Below are positions 48,629 through 59,682 of a stretch of 64,000 nt of DNA, one piece after another. Position 1 is the first letter of the stretch, and each line of letters opens with the position of its first letter. The notes under the pieces were generated by a model. That model did not search any database. It was not told the origin of the DNA and was given only the letters and a program-made list of their open reading frames with translations. Source of the DNA: Octopus bimaculoides (lineage: Eukaryota); contig NC_068987.1 of the NCBI RefSeq assembly GCF_001194135.2, positions 55,049,456 through 55,113,455 on the forward strand, read 5' to 3'. The translations under genes and the position numbers were made by a program.

Positions 48629-50100
48629 CTGTAGTAGAAGAGTATGTTTCCTTAATTTCTTTCCAGTGTTTAGTTAGACATCCCCACCGCAAACCGTCCC
48701 CAATCAACCAAGCGGTCTATGGCATTCCACTGTTGACCACCCTGTCTTTTTCTCAGGCATTCTGCATATAGTGCAGCATTATCCAGTATGTTCTCTTCCT
48801 TTCAAGCCATTTAGGTATAAATTTTGAGGGAGAAAAATACTTATTTCTCAAAGGTTATGCAAGCGCAATGAGGCTCGTTGGCCTCTGTATTGTTTTGTCA
48901 ATTTGTTCTCCGGAGTGTATAAAAAAAGGTACAGGTAGTGCCAGCTTTCTCAGCCAACCAAGTTCTATCCTATTATAAATTTGAGTGATGTTTCTCTGTC
49001 CTTCATGTTTTTATGTTCATTAACTCCTCCTAGACTGTTGGTGCAAGGACAACAAATCTCAAACAAGCAACTCCCCTAATCCCAGGGAATGTCCTAATGG
49101 AGGGGGGGGGTCTATTTTTTTAAGGGTCGCCTAATTGGGGCCCCCACTGACTCCCTATTTTTACTGTATTCTAAACTAAATACATGGCATTGGCGACCAA
49201 ATCAGAGCAATGACAATGAATTTCATACCATGAATTCTCAGGGAGTATCGTAAGGAGGTTCAATTTCTGAAGGGCCGCTTAAATGGGGCCTCACTGACCC
49301 CACCTATTTTTACTGCATTTACCTCACTCCTATGCTTATTGATTAAACTATGATCAGCATCAGTGCTTAGCACATTTGCAGAAACAAGTTAATGGGACAT
49401 GGGATTTAGGTATGGGTGCAAGTGAAGTAAAGGTATTGAGTATATGGGTATGGATGTGTGGATATATGTCAGGGAGTTTGGAATGGGGTATCAGATGATT
49501 AATACCAGGAGATACATATACAATGAATGTGTCCAAGTCCATTACATTACACAAGGGTAGAGGGCCAAAGGCTTCACAGGTGCCTTCCGCAGGAGCAAGT
49601 CCAAATGCTGCCCAAAGGACGGCTTCAAAGCTAGTAGTATAATGAGTTCCCAGTTAGTGTGTGAAGTGTATAGGGGATTGCTGGTGTAGCTAGTGTATTA
49701 GCCATTCAGAGTGTCTGAAGTGGAATGGGTAGGGTGAGGGCAGTGTGTAAGGCCATTCATGTATTTTATTTCAAAATTAAATTTTTTTATAAATTTGAAA
49801 GTTTCTAATTCCTTGCCTCACAGTTGTTGTCACCAGTCTCGACTCCTTGTTCTTTCATTTCATCACTGCTAATTGAAAATAAACATTTTAGTCTTCCTTG
49901 CATTTTATCAGATATCAATAAAACAAAAAAAAAAAATGGATGTATATATAATTGTGATATCAAAACTAATTCTTAACTTTTCCATTTAATGAAGCATTGC
50001 TTAAAAAAATTCCAAAGGTAAAAATTACTGAATGTATCCATTCATATGTCCAATCCATGGACAATGGACGTTAAATAATGATGATATATATACATACATA

Positions 50101-50478
50101 GTGGAGGCGCAATGGCCCAGTGGTTAGGGCAGCGGACTCGCAGTCATAGGATCACGGTTTCGATTCCCAGACTAGGCGTTGTGAGTGTTTCTTGAGCGAA
50201 AACACCTGAAGCTCCACGAGGCTCCGGCAGGGGATGGTGGCGAACCCTGCTGTACTCTTTCACCACAACTTTCTCTTACTTCCTGTTTCTGTTGTGCCTG
50301 TAATTCAAAGGGTCAGCTTTGTCACACTGTGTCACGCTGAATATCCCCGAGAATTACGTTAAGGGTACATGTGTCAGTGGAGTGCTCAACCACATGCACG
50401 TTAATTTCACGAGCAGGCTGTTCCATTGATTGGATCAACTGGAACTCTCGATGTCGTAAGCGATGGTGTGCCAACAAC
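50101..50478 (+). mobile_element. tRNA-headed SINE 'family C', complete, with 13 bp TSD
   Basis: Head gtggaggcgcaatggcccagtggttagggcagcggactcgc. TSD atatacatacata at 50088-50100 and 50479-50491. Confidence 0.85.
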
Positions 50479-50568
50479 ATATACATACATATTTATATAA
50501 AATATATACATATATATATCTATACATATATATGCATATAATATATACACACATCCACACACACACAC

Positions 50569-50601
<33 letters not shown>

Positions 50602-50829
50602 TTTATATATATATGCACACACATATATATATGTACACACACATTTTTTCCAAATTTGTGTGAATGTGCGTAGAATAATATATCAGTTGAATAAAGTTAA
50701 AACTTTGTCTGGTTTTCGCATTCTTTATTATAGTATTTTAACATGAAAAAATATTATGTAATGTTCATAAAGTTCAATTAGTGCTTTCATACATTCGTAG
50801 TAATCATCAGAGTTCAAAATGTATATAAT

Positions 50830-50933
50830 TGTCAGTTGAGTTCTTGACAACTGTAATACCTGACAGTTGAGTTCTTGACAACTGTAGTACCTGATGGTTG
50901 AGGTCTTGACAACTGTTGTAACTCAACTGTCAG
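50830..50933. repeat. 31 bp tandem repeat x3 with internal dyad, capped by an inverted partial unit
   Basis: Units 50830-50860, 50861-50891 and 50892-50922; consensus tgacagttgagttcttgacaactgtagtacc. Confidence 0.9.
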
Positions 50934-51203
50934 TCAATTTTATAGTTAAAGGGTCACACTTAGCAAGTGATCAGATTCTTGTTTTGGTTCTAGTTACAGA
51001 TCAGATCTGATTAAAGGATAGGAACTGTTAAGTGTTCAACTGATTATTCAGATGCCATCTCCATAAAAAAAAAAAAAAGTTTTGTTAACAGGTACCCATC
51101 TGCATAGAGGATAATAGTTTTGACATTTTCAACCTCTTTAATACCAACTGCCATGGATCTTCCTCTAATTTGGATACAAAACCTTAATTTTGATTGTTCT
51201 TAT

Positions 51204-51432
51204 TTAACCCTTTTATTATGTTCCTGTTAAAATACATTATCTTTATTTCAGTTTAATTTTTGAAAATAGTGAAGAATTTAATAAAATAACATTATTATTA
51301 TAAAGCACGTGTTTAGAACATAAAATAGCATCAAAATTTGATGGAAGGTTTTAATTTAGATCACTTGAAAAAAAAAAGCTTGCATCATAGAAGCAAGGGT
51401 GGTCATGGATGGGTTGATATCAAAAGGGTTAA
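51204..51432 (+). mobile_element. TTAA MITE (third family)
   Basis: TTAACCCTTTT ... AAAAGGGTTAA. A partial copy lies at about 6770-6950 and a split reverse copy at about 53128-53590. Confidence 0.75.
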
Positions 51433-51642
51433 GACATCTCATCGCAATTTTATTTGAGATTCTCTTGATTCACTATGTTCCAAATATCAACTTAATAATG
51501 GAAAACTTATTTCACCTAATCCCTTCAAACAATTATCTTTAAAATTGACATGTAAAGCAGTGTATTTCATTAGAAATCTCATCTCAAAAACATTAGCATA
51601 AGAGTTTTAAAAAGCTAATTAGAAATTGAGTTGGGGGTTAGA

Positions 51643-51871
51643 TTAACCCTTTTGAAGCTAACCTGCCTAAGACTGTCCCTGGCTCTATTATTCAAGCTTT
51701 CTGTTTAAAATGATCTAAATGAATGCCTTCAATTAAAATTGCATGTTAATTTGTGTTCCATACATCAGCTTAATAACTGCAGAGTTATTTTGCTAAAGTC
51801 TTCATTATTTTCTAAATTAATTGACACAGTAGCAGCATTATTCAGCTGAAATATGGTAACAAAAGTGTTAA
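51643..51871 (-). mobile_element. TTAA MITE, same family, opposite orientation
   Basis: Reverse complement aligns with 51204-51432; TTAA at both ends. Confidence 0.7.
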
Positions 51872-54298
51872 TTAATGACCACTATTTAAATGTTTTTGGC
51901 AAGTACAGGAGCCAGTTCCAGACTTATTCTAGTCTTATTATGACCTTGTCGGCTAATAGCCCTAGTACATTATCAAGTCAACTATCTTGAGGCAGATAAA
52001 AATAGCAATTGTAGTTCTTTTCTCTAACCGAAAGTATTTTATAACAGAAGCTGTTTTATAGCAAACATATAATCCATTCTAACCAAATCTTTTAACAGTT
52101 AGATTATTATTGTAACGAATTGCATAAAAAAAAACTGGTTTGGCGATAATTCCATTTGAGATGCAGAGATTTGGGAATTCTTTTTTAAACATATACTGTG
52201 TAAATATCCTCTTCAGTAAGCTTCTTATTTCCTGATAGATGGAAGCTTGTTGTTGCTAACAGGTATTAGTCTGTAATGGCATTTACAGCTTTAGCATTTG
52301 TAATGCTGCATAAGTTTAGTAGAGAGATATCTTGAAATGATTACAAAGAATTTTATATTGAACAAAAGTTGCTTTTTTTTTTTTTGTTTTGTTTTTTCCT
52401 TTCCTTCTCTCTTTGAGTAGTGAGTGATGCTTTCGAAAACAACAAATTTTTGAAATGTTTTTTTTCCCTTTTATATCATCATCAACATCATTGTTTTATT
52501 GTACACTTTTCCATGCTTCACTTAGGTCAGATGGAATTTGTTGAGATAGATTTTCTATGGGCTTCTATGGCCAGATGCCCTTCTTGTCACGGACACACCA
52601 GTTTCAAATCGAAATAGTATTTTCACAGACGACTGGAACTGGGAACAAGTGACACTCCTGGTATGAATGACACTCACAACTATTATGTGATGTCTGGACA
52701 AGAAGACAAACTCCTGCACAAGATGGTTGTAAATGAATATTATCATCATCATAATCATCATAATCATCATCATCACACAAGCAAAATTGTTTGTTTCCAG
52801 TCTTACATGAAAAATGTTTTGCTAGGGGCGGGGGATATTACCTTGCTTAGAAATAAGTGAAGAATTGGTTAAATAAAGGATCATTCAGTTGTAGAAAATC
52901 TTCTTCCACAAATTTTGTCTGACTCATGGAAGCATGGAAAAGTAGATGTTAAACGATGATTATGATGGTAATGTGTGTGTGTGTGTGTGTGTGTGCAAAT
53001 TATCACATCTATGATGGACAATGGGAATTTGTCATACGTTTATGATATAATCGAAGAAACTCTACACAGTCTTTTGATCTGCTTGTAATAGTAGCTAAAT
53101 CTCCTTGAGATGACCCTCTACCATCTTAACCCTTTTGATACCAACTTGCCTGAAATTGACCTCCTAGTACTTTGACACAAATTACCTTCTTTTAAAGTCA
53201 TTTGAATTAAAACCTTTCATCAAAATTTCATGTGGATTTATATTCCAAACTAGATCTTAACCCTTTGTCAGTCCTGTGTTTCATGTGTGATGCAGAGAAC
53301 ATACTTCTCTGGTGTCCATGCATCATATATAATACACAAACAAATTTTTTTTCAACCCTAGAGTAACTTCTGATTTATGACAGGAATCTATTCTGTTTTA
53401 TATTACTCAGAATGTATGAAACAACGGCTAACTAAAAGTTTGAAAACAAGCATGGGTACTTGTAACAAATTTATGAAAATATTTTGGAGAGGCCTTTAGA
53501 CTTAATAAAAACAACTTTAATCTACTAAATTGTTCATTATTTTCAAAATTAATTGAAACAAGGGCAGTATGTTTCAATAAAAACATGGTATCAATAGAAG
53601 GAAAGGAAATGTGTAATTCAAGGAAATGTACTCTTTTTTTTTTGTAGAAACTCAGTATAAAACTCAGTGTGATGATGGATTGAATGCTTTTCATCATAAG
53701 CCTGCTAAGTCAAGATTGACATGGCGCTAAATAATATGAACTTTAAATTGGTGGTGAAAAGTGCTATAGTAGAAATGAGGTCATTCAGGACATTACACTT
53801 GAGAAGAAATGACATGAGATTAAAAAGGGGAAATAATAATGATGTTGGTATTAGAGATTTTATTTTTGACTAGACAAGTCAAGATTTATACTAAATTATT
53901 CTTTCTATTATATCCACAAGGCCTGAAATTTTGTGGGAGTTGGTGCTTATTAATTATATCAACACCAGTGCTTAACAGGTACTTATTTTATCAATCCTGG
54001 AAGGATGAAAGATAGGGTCAACCATGACAGAATTTGAACTCAGCATCTAAAAAGCCAGAAGAAACGCCTCTAAGAATTTTGTCCAGCATGCTAAAGTTTC
54101 TGCCAGCTTGCTGCCTGGCTAAATAGTAATAGCATTAATGATCTTTGCTGACAAGTAGCTCCTCAACTTTTTTACACAATGAAATAAATATTTTTGAATT
54201 AGACTGTGGAAGCAAACTGAAAGAGAATTCTTTATGTGATTCAGTAGTTTTTGGTTTTAATTATCATTGTTGTTATTGATATTATTTGATCACCATAT

Positions 54299-54337
<39 letters not shown>

Positions 54338-54370
54338 GTGAGCTGAGTTTGATGTCCAGTTTTTGATTCT

Positions 54371-54738
54371 ATGGCTGTGTAGTAAGAAGCTTGGTTCCCA
54401 AACTCAGTTTCAGGTTCAGTTCCACTTCTTGGCATTTTGAGTGTGTGTCTTTTACTAAACCCCTGGGCCAACCAAAACCTTTTAAATGGATTTCATAAAT
54501 GGAAACTAAAAGCCCAAGTGTGTGTTGTGTGTGTAAATGTGTATGTGCATTTGTGTTTGTTCCCACCACCACCACCACTTGACAACCAGTGTTGGTTTGT
54601 TTATGTCACCATATCTTAGTAGTTTGACAAAAGCAACTAACAGAATAAGTATTGGGGTCAATTTGTTCATTTAAACCCTTCAAGGTGGTGCCCAGTATGG
54701 CCACAGTCCAGTGACTGAAGCATGCTAAAAGATAAAGG
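54371..54738 (+). mobile_element. Older SINE family A copy
   Basis: Diverged head, body and tail. Confidence 0.7.
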
Positions 54739-55253
54739 ATTTCACAGCATTTGCTTCAACGCCTTTGAAAGTATAATGGATGTCCTATCTTGTATCCTAT
54801 CTTTTATTATATCATTAATAACCATCCTTAATCAAAAGCCTTGTCAGTAAGAACCTAACAGGTGATGTTCACACTTTAATTACTTGTTGAAACCATTTCC
54901 CTATTTAATTTTCTAATGAAAAACTTGAACCATCAATAAAAATCTCATTGGTCGAAATTGTGTGAAAACTGGTAGTTGCTGTCTTTATTTTGGGAATATT
55001 TTATTGAATATAGAATTTAATGTTGGTGTTTCAAAGTTGTTAGATGTAAGAATCATAGAGCCTGTATGTTTTCTCAGTTGCTGGGACAGAAGTTGGGGTA
55101 GGAATAACAGCAACCTCTTCTTGTTGTCTGTAGCAGTAGCTAATGAAACTCAAGCCATTATGTGGTGTCACCATACAAATAATTATTTTAAATACTTACC
55201 TTTATTTGAATATGCATACAGACACATCTATATTCAGCTACGCACACACACAC

Positions 55254-55301
<48 letters not shown>

Positions 55302-55468
55302 GTTAGTATAGTTAGCGGTTGGAATAACTGTATAAGGGATAAGAATATCTGTTTTTACTACTGGTATAAATTACCTATGTTAACCCTGAGCATACCTATG
55401 CAAGCATACTATGCTTATAGGATAAAGGCAATAACAAAATAAACAAGAGTTTATCAGGATACAAATTT

Positions 55469-55605
55469 AAATTAAGCAGAAAATGGAGAAAATTCTTGAT
55501 CAACAAACAAATTGACTACCATGAAGTTTTGTATTAAAAAAATAGTAATCAGTGGTAGTCAGTTTGTTTGTTGATAAAGTATTTTCTCCATTTTCTGCTT
55601 AATTT
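55469..55605. repeat. Foldback hairpin with 53 bp arms (3 mismatches) and a 31 nt loop
   Basis: Arms 55469-55521 and 55553-55605, compared base by base. Confidence 0.9.
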
Positions 55606-55617
55606 ATATATATATAT

Positions 55618-55921
55618 AATCATCACTAAGTGTGACTAAGCATGCCGGTGAACCTACATTGCTAGGAATAAGAGTTAAAATACTCAATTCTGAAGGAAGA
55701 GTGCATATGCATACATGCTGACAGGGGAGGCAACCACCCCATGGTGACTCAGAAATCCTACATGTGCTGTTTGAGCAGTCCTTACCTTCAGGATTTTCAA
55801 GTCGGCATGGGGCAGTTGCCTCCCATGCATATGCACTCTTCCTGCAACATTAAGAGTATTTTAACTATTATTTCTAGCAACGTAGGTGCATCGGCACCCT
55901 TAGTCACACTTAGTGATGATT
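55618..55921. repeat. 304 bp foldback element with ~120 bp imperfect arms, starting in (TA)n
   Basis: Perfect 23 bp outer inverted repeat aatcatcactaagtgtgactaag / cttagtcacacttagtgatgatt, with continued pairing inward. Confidence 0.9.
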
Positions 55922-56065
55922 GAATTTTTCCTTTATGGTATCACGTTGCGCTTTATATTAATTTTATATATATATACTTACATCTAGAAGTTTTAACATG
56001 CATGACGCTTATGCATGGTGCCAAATGAACTAACCATGTTGTTATCTTCACTGTTTTTGTTTCAG

Positions 56066-56247
56066 TGTAGGTTAAATAGTGACACCCCAACCATGAGTAG
56101 CGCCCCTAATGTTATCGGAGACTCCCACAACTGGCGTAGTCCAGCATTACATGATTCTCCCGGAGCTGTCTCCTCTATTCATAGTGATGTCCTCGAGGAC
56201 TCACCGGATGATTCTAAAATGAGCTCACATCTGTTGGATTCCTGCAT
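56066..56247 (+). CDS. CTNND2: Next coding exon (182 nt, phase 0-2) of the delta-catenin-like gene: CRLNSDTPTMSSAPNVIGDSHNWRSP...MSSHLLDSC(I/M)
   Basis: Branch point ACTAAC 56029-56034, acceptor ctgtttttgtttcAG and donor AT|GTGAGT at 56248. It continues in frame from the 23296 exon (KK|CRL matches ER|C(K/R)L). The NWRS and LLDSC motifs resemble recalled PKP4 'PWRS' and CTNND2 'LVDSCI'. Confidence 0.88.
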
Positions 56248-56879
56248 GTGAGTACACATTGGATTTGACCGCTCGCTCGCTGTCGAGGCTGCTCTTCTCT
56301 GCTTCAAAATAAACCTCTCTCAAAGACTGCTTTATTATTTGTAGATGGTGACTGTCATAGTTGCGGTGCAGTTTTTATTCTGCTCCACATCATCTTTCTA
56401 CTTTTTCTTGTCTGCACTTATTAATGACTTCTATTTTTTTTATATATTTTTTTTATCATAACACATTCTGGCTTATAAAATTACTTACTGCAGTCTTTTG
56501 CATCTTAATTTAGAAATTTTATTTATTGTTTTCTCTCTTTTTCTCTTACTAATTGCTTTTAATACTTAATTTATTATTCTCTCTATCTCAATCTTCTAGT
56601 GTGCAAAATGTGTGCACACATTTTTGCCTTTTTATCATGGCTGCTGTAGATAGTAATATCAATAATAAAAAAGTGAATTAACTAATGCAATAGCACTTGA
56701 AATTAGTTTTCAAATTTAACTTTTAGTTTCTTTTATTTTGTTACTTTTTACACAGTTTTGATTTTACATGAATTTGAATTGTTGCTTATATTTTCTATAT
56801 TTCTGTAAAGCTTCGATGCAAAAATAATCTCTTTCTCACTCTCTTTCCTCATCCCCCTCTTTCTTACCTGCATTTATTT

Positions 56880-56912
56880 CTTTCTGTCTTCACATTTTAT
56901 TCTCAGGTAAGT
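56880..56912 (+). other. Candidate recursive splice site (polypyrimidine-CAG|GTAAGT)
   Basis: tttctgtcttcacattttattctcAG|GTAAGT, with no other AG in the preceding ~90 nt. Confidence 0.5.
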
Positions 56913-57725
56913 GATCTATGATTAAATTACTAGAATCTATAAATCAGTGTTAACAGTGTTAATCTACCTTGACAAAAAAGTCCACATGGTTCTGGGTTGT
57001 CCCACTGTGTAGCACCTTGGGCAAGTGTCTTCTACTATAGCCCCAGACTGATCAAATTTTGTTTGTGGATTTGGTAGATGGAAACTGAAAGAAGCCCACT
57101 GTGTGTGTGTGTGTGCTTGTGTGTGTTATCGTCAGAGTAGGCAACGTAATGTAACTTAAATTGCAAGAAGCCAAGTTTCATGTTTTATTAGCATTGAAAC
57201 AGTACAATAGTATTAAGACTGGGGAAATCGCATTTTAACATTAAAAGCGTTGATTATATAGGCAGCAATAAATTTTGTCTGCTCTTCTTTAAAATCATAT
57301 CGTTTTTCAGTCTGTTTTATTGCATGTCTTTACTAGTTAGGTAACATGGCTACTATTAACTGCTGTACCAGGGCATAGAGCTTGTTAAATACACAGTAGC
57401 AGTGAAATTCTTGTGTTCTATTCTGTAAACTACAAATCAATATGTTAATGGTCCACTTTAACCTTCCAGTTTACACTTTGCCATATAAACCATTATATCT
57501 CAGCATAGCAATAGAATTTGAATTTGAGTTTTAAAACATTTCTATAAATATTTCAAACATTCATTGTCGTCATCGTTTTAACTTCCACTTTTCTATGCTT
57601 TCATGGATCATATGGAATTCATTGAAATAGTCTATATAGCTAGATGCCTAATTGTCATCTGTCACTTGCTTCCATCCCCTATAACTGGACATATCTTCAT
57701 AGGGGGTTGGAAAATATGACACCAC

Positions 57726-58105
57726 TTTTATTCTTTTACTTGTTTCGGTCATTTGACTGTAGCCATGCTGAAGCACCACCTTGAAGGGTTTTAGTCAAAC
57801 TAATTGACCCCATGACATAATATTTTTAAAGCCTTGTACTTAATCTATTGGTCTCTTTATGCCTAACTGCTAAGATATGGGAACATAAACACACCAACAC
57901 CAGTTGTCACGTGGTGGTGGTGGTGGGAACATACAGACACACAGATATACACACAAGTCTTCTTTCAGTTTCCATTTACCAAATCCACTCACAAGGCTTT
58001 GGTTGGCCCAAGGCTATAATAGAAGACACTTGTGCAAGGTGCTACACAGTGGGACTGAACCCGGAACCATGTGGTTGGGAAGCAAGCTTCTTACTACACA
58101 CGCAC
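57726..58105 (-). mobile_element. SINE family A
   Basis: Reverse-orientation copy. Confidence 0.75.
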
Positions 58106-58944
58106 AACATTTTACAACCATCACACAATACCAAGACAAGGAGGTACAAACACATGTATGTATCATAATTATTATCATCATTTAACATCTGTTTACCAAT
58201 AGTTGTATCATCTTTATTGTGAGGCAGACATTCTATCTCCAGAGGCTCTTCTGGTCACCAATCCTCATTTGCCTCCAAGCAAGGTAGTATCTGCCATACT
58301 TGACATGATTTTCATGGAAGATAGGGAATAAACAACTTCACTTGTATGACAGCAATGATGATGATTCTCATTTACTACAATCATGTGATGTCTAGGCAAT
58401 GCTACACTCATACACAAACATATACTCACATGCATACACATACATTTTTTTTTAAGGTTATCTCTACAGAATTTTCGATAGAAACTATAGCCAACACTGA
58501 TTTGTCATGACGTTTCATATCTGAATAGTAAATGGATGTATATGCATATTTGAGGAGTTCTTGCCTTTTCTTCAGTACTACATCCAACCCAATAACCATC
58601 CACGAGTTCATTGCTTAGATATCTTCTAAATATAACAGTGTAACACTATTGGATGTGCCATTTTACATGTTAAACAAATATTATGGTTGCATAACATGGT
58701 GTCCCTACAAGTAATTAACACACTCACACACATATACATACACGCATATACATGATGGCCTACTTTTCAGTTTCATTTTACCAGATCTACTCATAAGGCT
58801 TTGTTCAGTTTGGGGCTAAAGTAGAAGACACCAAAAGTGCCACACAGTAGGACTGAACCCAAATTTACATGGTTCAAAAGAAAAATTCTTTTACCACAAA
58901 AAATATTTCAAACCAAAACCAAAATAGTTACTGATTTTTATAAA

Positions 58945-59146
58945 TCATCATCATCATCGTTTAACGTCCGCTTTCCATGCTAACATGGATTGGACAATTT
59001 GACTGAGGACTGGTGAAACCAGATGGCTACACTAGGCTCTAATCTGATTTGGCAGAGTTTCTACAGCTGGATGCCCTTCCTAACGCCAACCACTCAGAGA
59101 GTGTAGTGGGTGCTTTTATTTGTCACCCGCACGAAGGCCAGTCAGA
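58945..59146 (-). mobile_element. RTE 3'-UTR tail copy
   Basis: Same sequence family as 32286 and 40991. Confidence 0.75.
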
Positions 59147-59247
59147 AATTGTTACATTAAAGGTATAAACTTTTATGAATTAAGGATGTTGAGAAGGAGA
59201 GAGGTTGCTGGTTTGTCATTAGGTTTTTCCAGCATTTTATGTAAAAT

Positions 59248-59682
59248 AGGCGCAGGGGTGACTTTGTGGTAAGTAGCTTGCTTACCAACCACTTGGTTCT
59301 GGGTTCAGTCCCACTGCGTGGCATCTTGGGCAAGTGTCATCTTCTCGGGCTGATCAAAGCCTTGTGAGTGCATTTGGTAGACGGAAACTGACAGAAGCCC
59401 GTCGTGTATGTGTATATATATAAATATCTATATATATATATATATATGTGTGTGTGTCTATGTTTGTCCCCCCCCCCCNNNNNNNNNNTGTCCCCCCCCC
59501 CAACATCGCTTGACAACCGATGCTGGTGTGTTTACGTCCCCGTAACTTAGCGGTTCAGCAAAAGAGACTGATAGAATAAGTACTAGGCTTACAAAGAATA
59601 AGTCCTGGGGTCGATTTGCTCGACTAAAGGCGGTGATCCAGCATGGCCGCAGTTAAAATGACTGAAACAAGTAAAAGAGTAA
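59248..59682 (+). mobile_element. SINE family A, young full-length copy
   Basis: CpGs are retained; the copy spans a 10-N gap. Confidence 0.85.

Noticed and set aside
50830-50922. CRISPR-like appearance of palindromic 31 bp repeats
   Set aside because: The units are directly adjacent with no spacers, the context is eukaryotic, and there are no cas genes.
54910-54965. CTAATGA...tggtcGAAA hammerhead-like relic
   Set aside because: G5 is lost, stem II is poor, and there is no stem III or stem I; it cannot be distinguished from chance.
56344-56400. AG|ATG after exon 56247 as the next exon
   Set aside because: In the required phase it reads ATA TGG TGA (immediate stop), and there is no donor.
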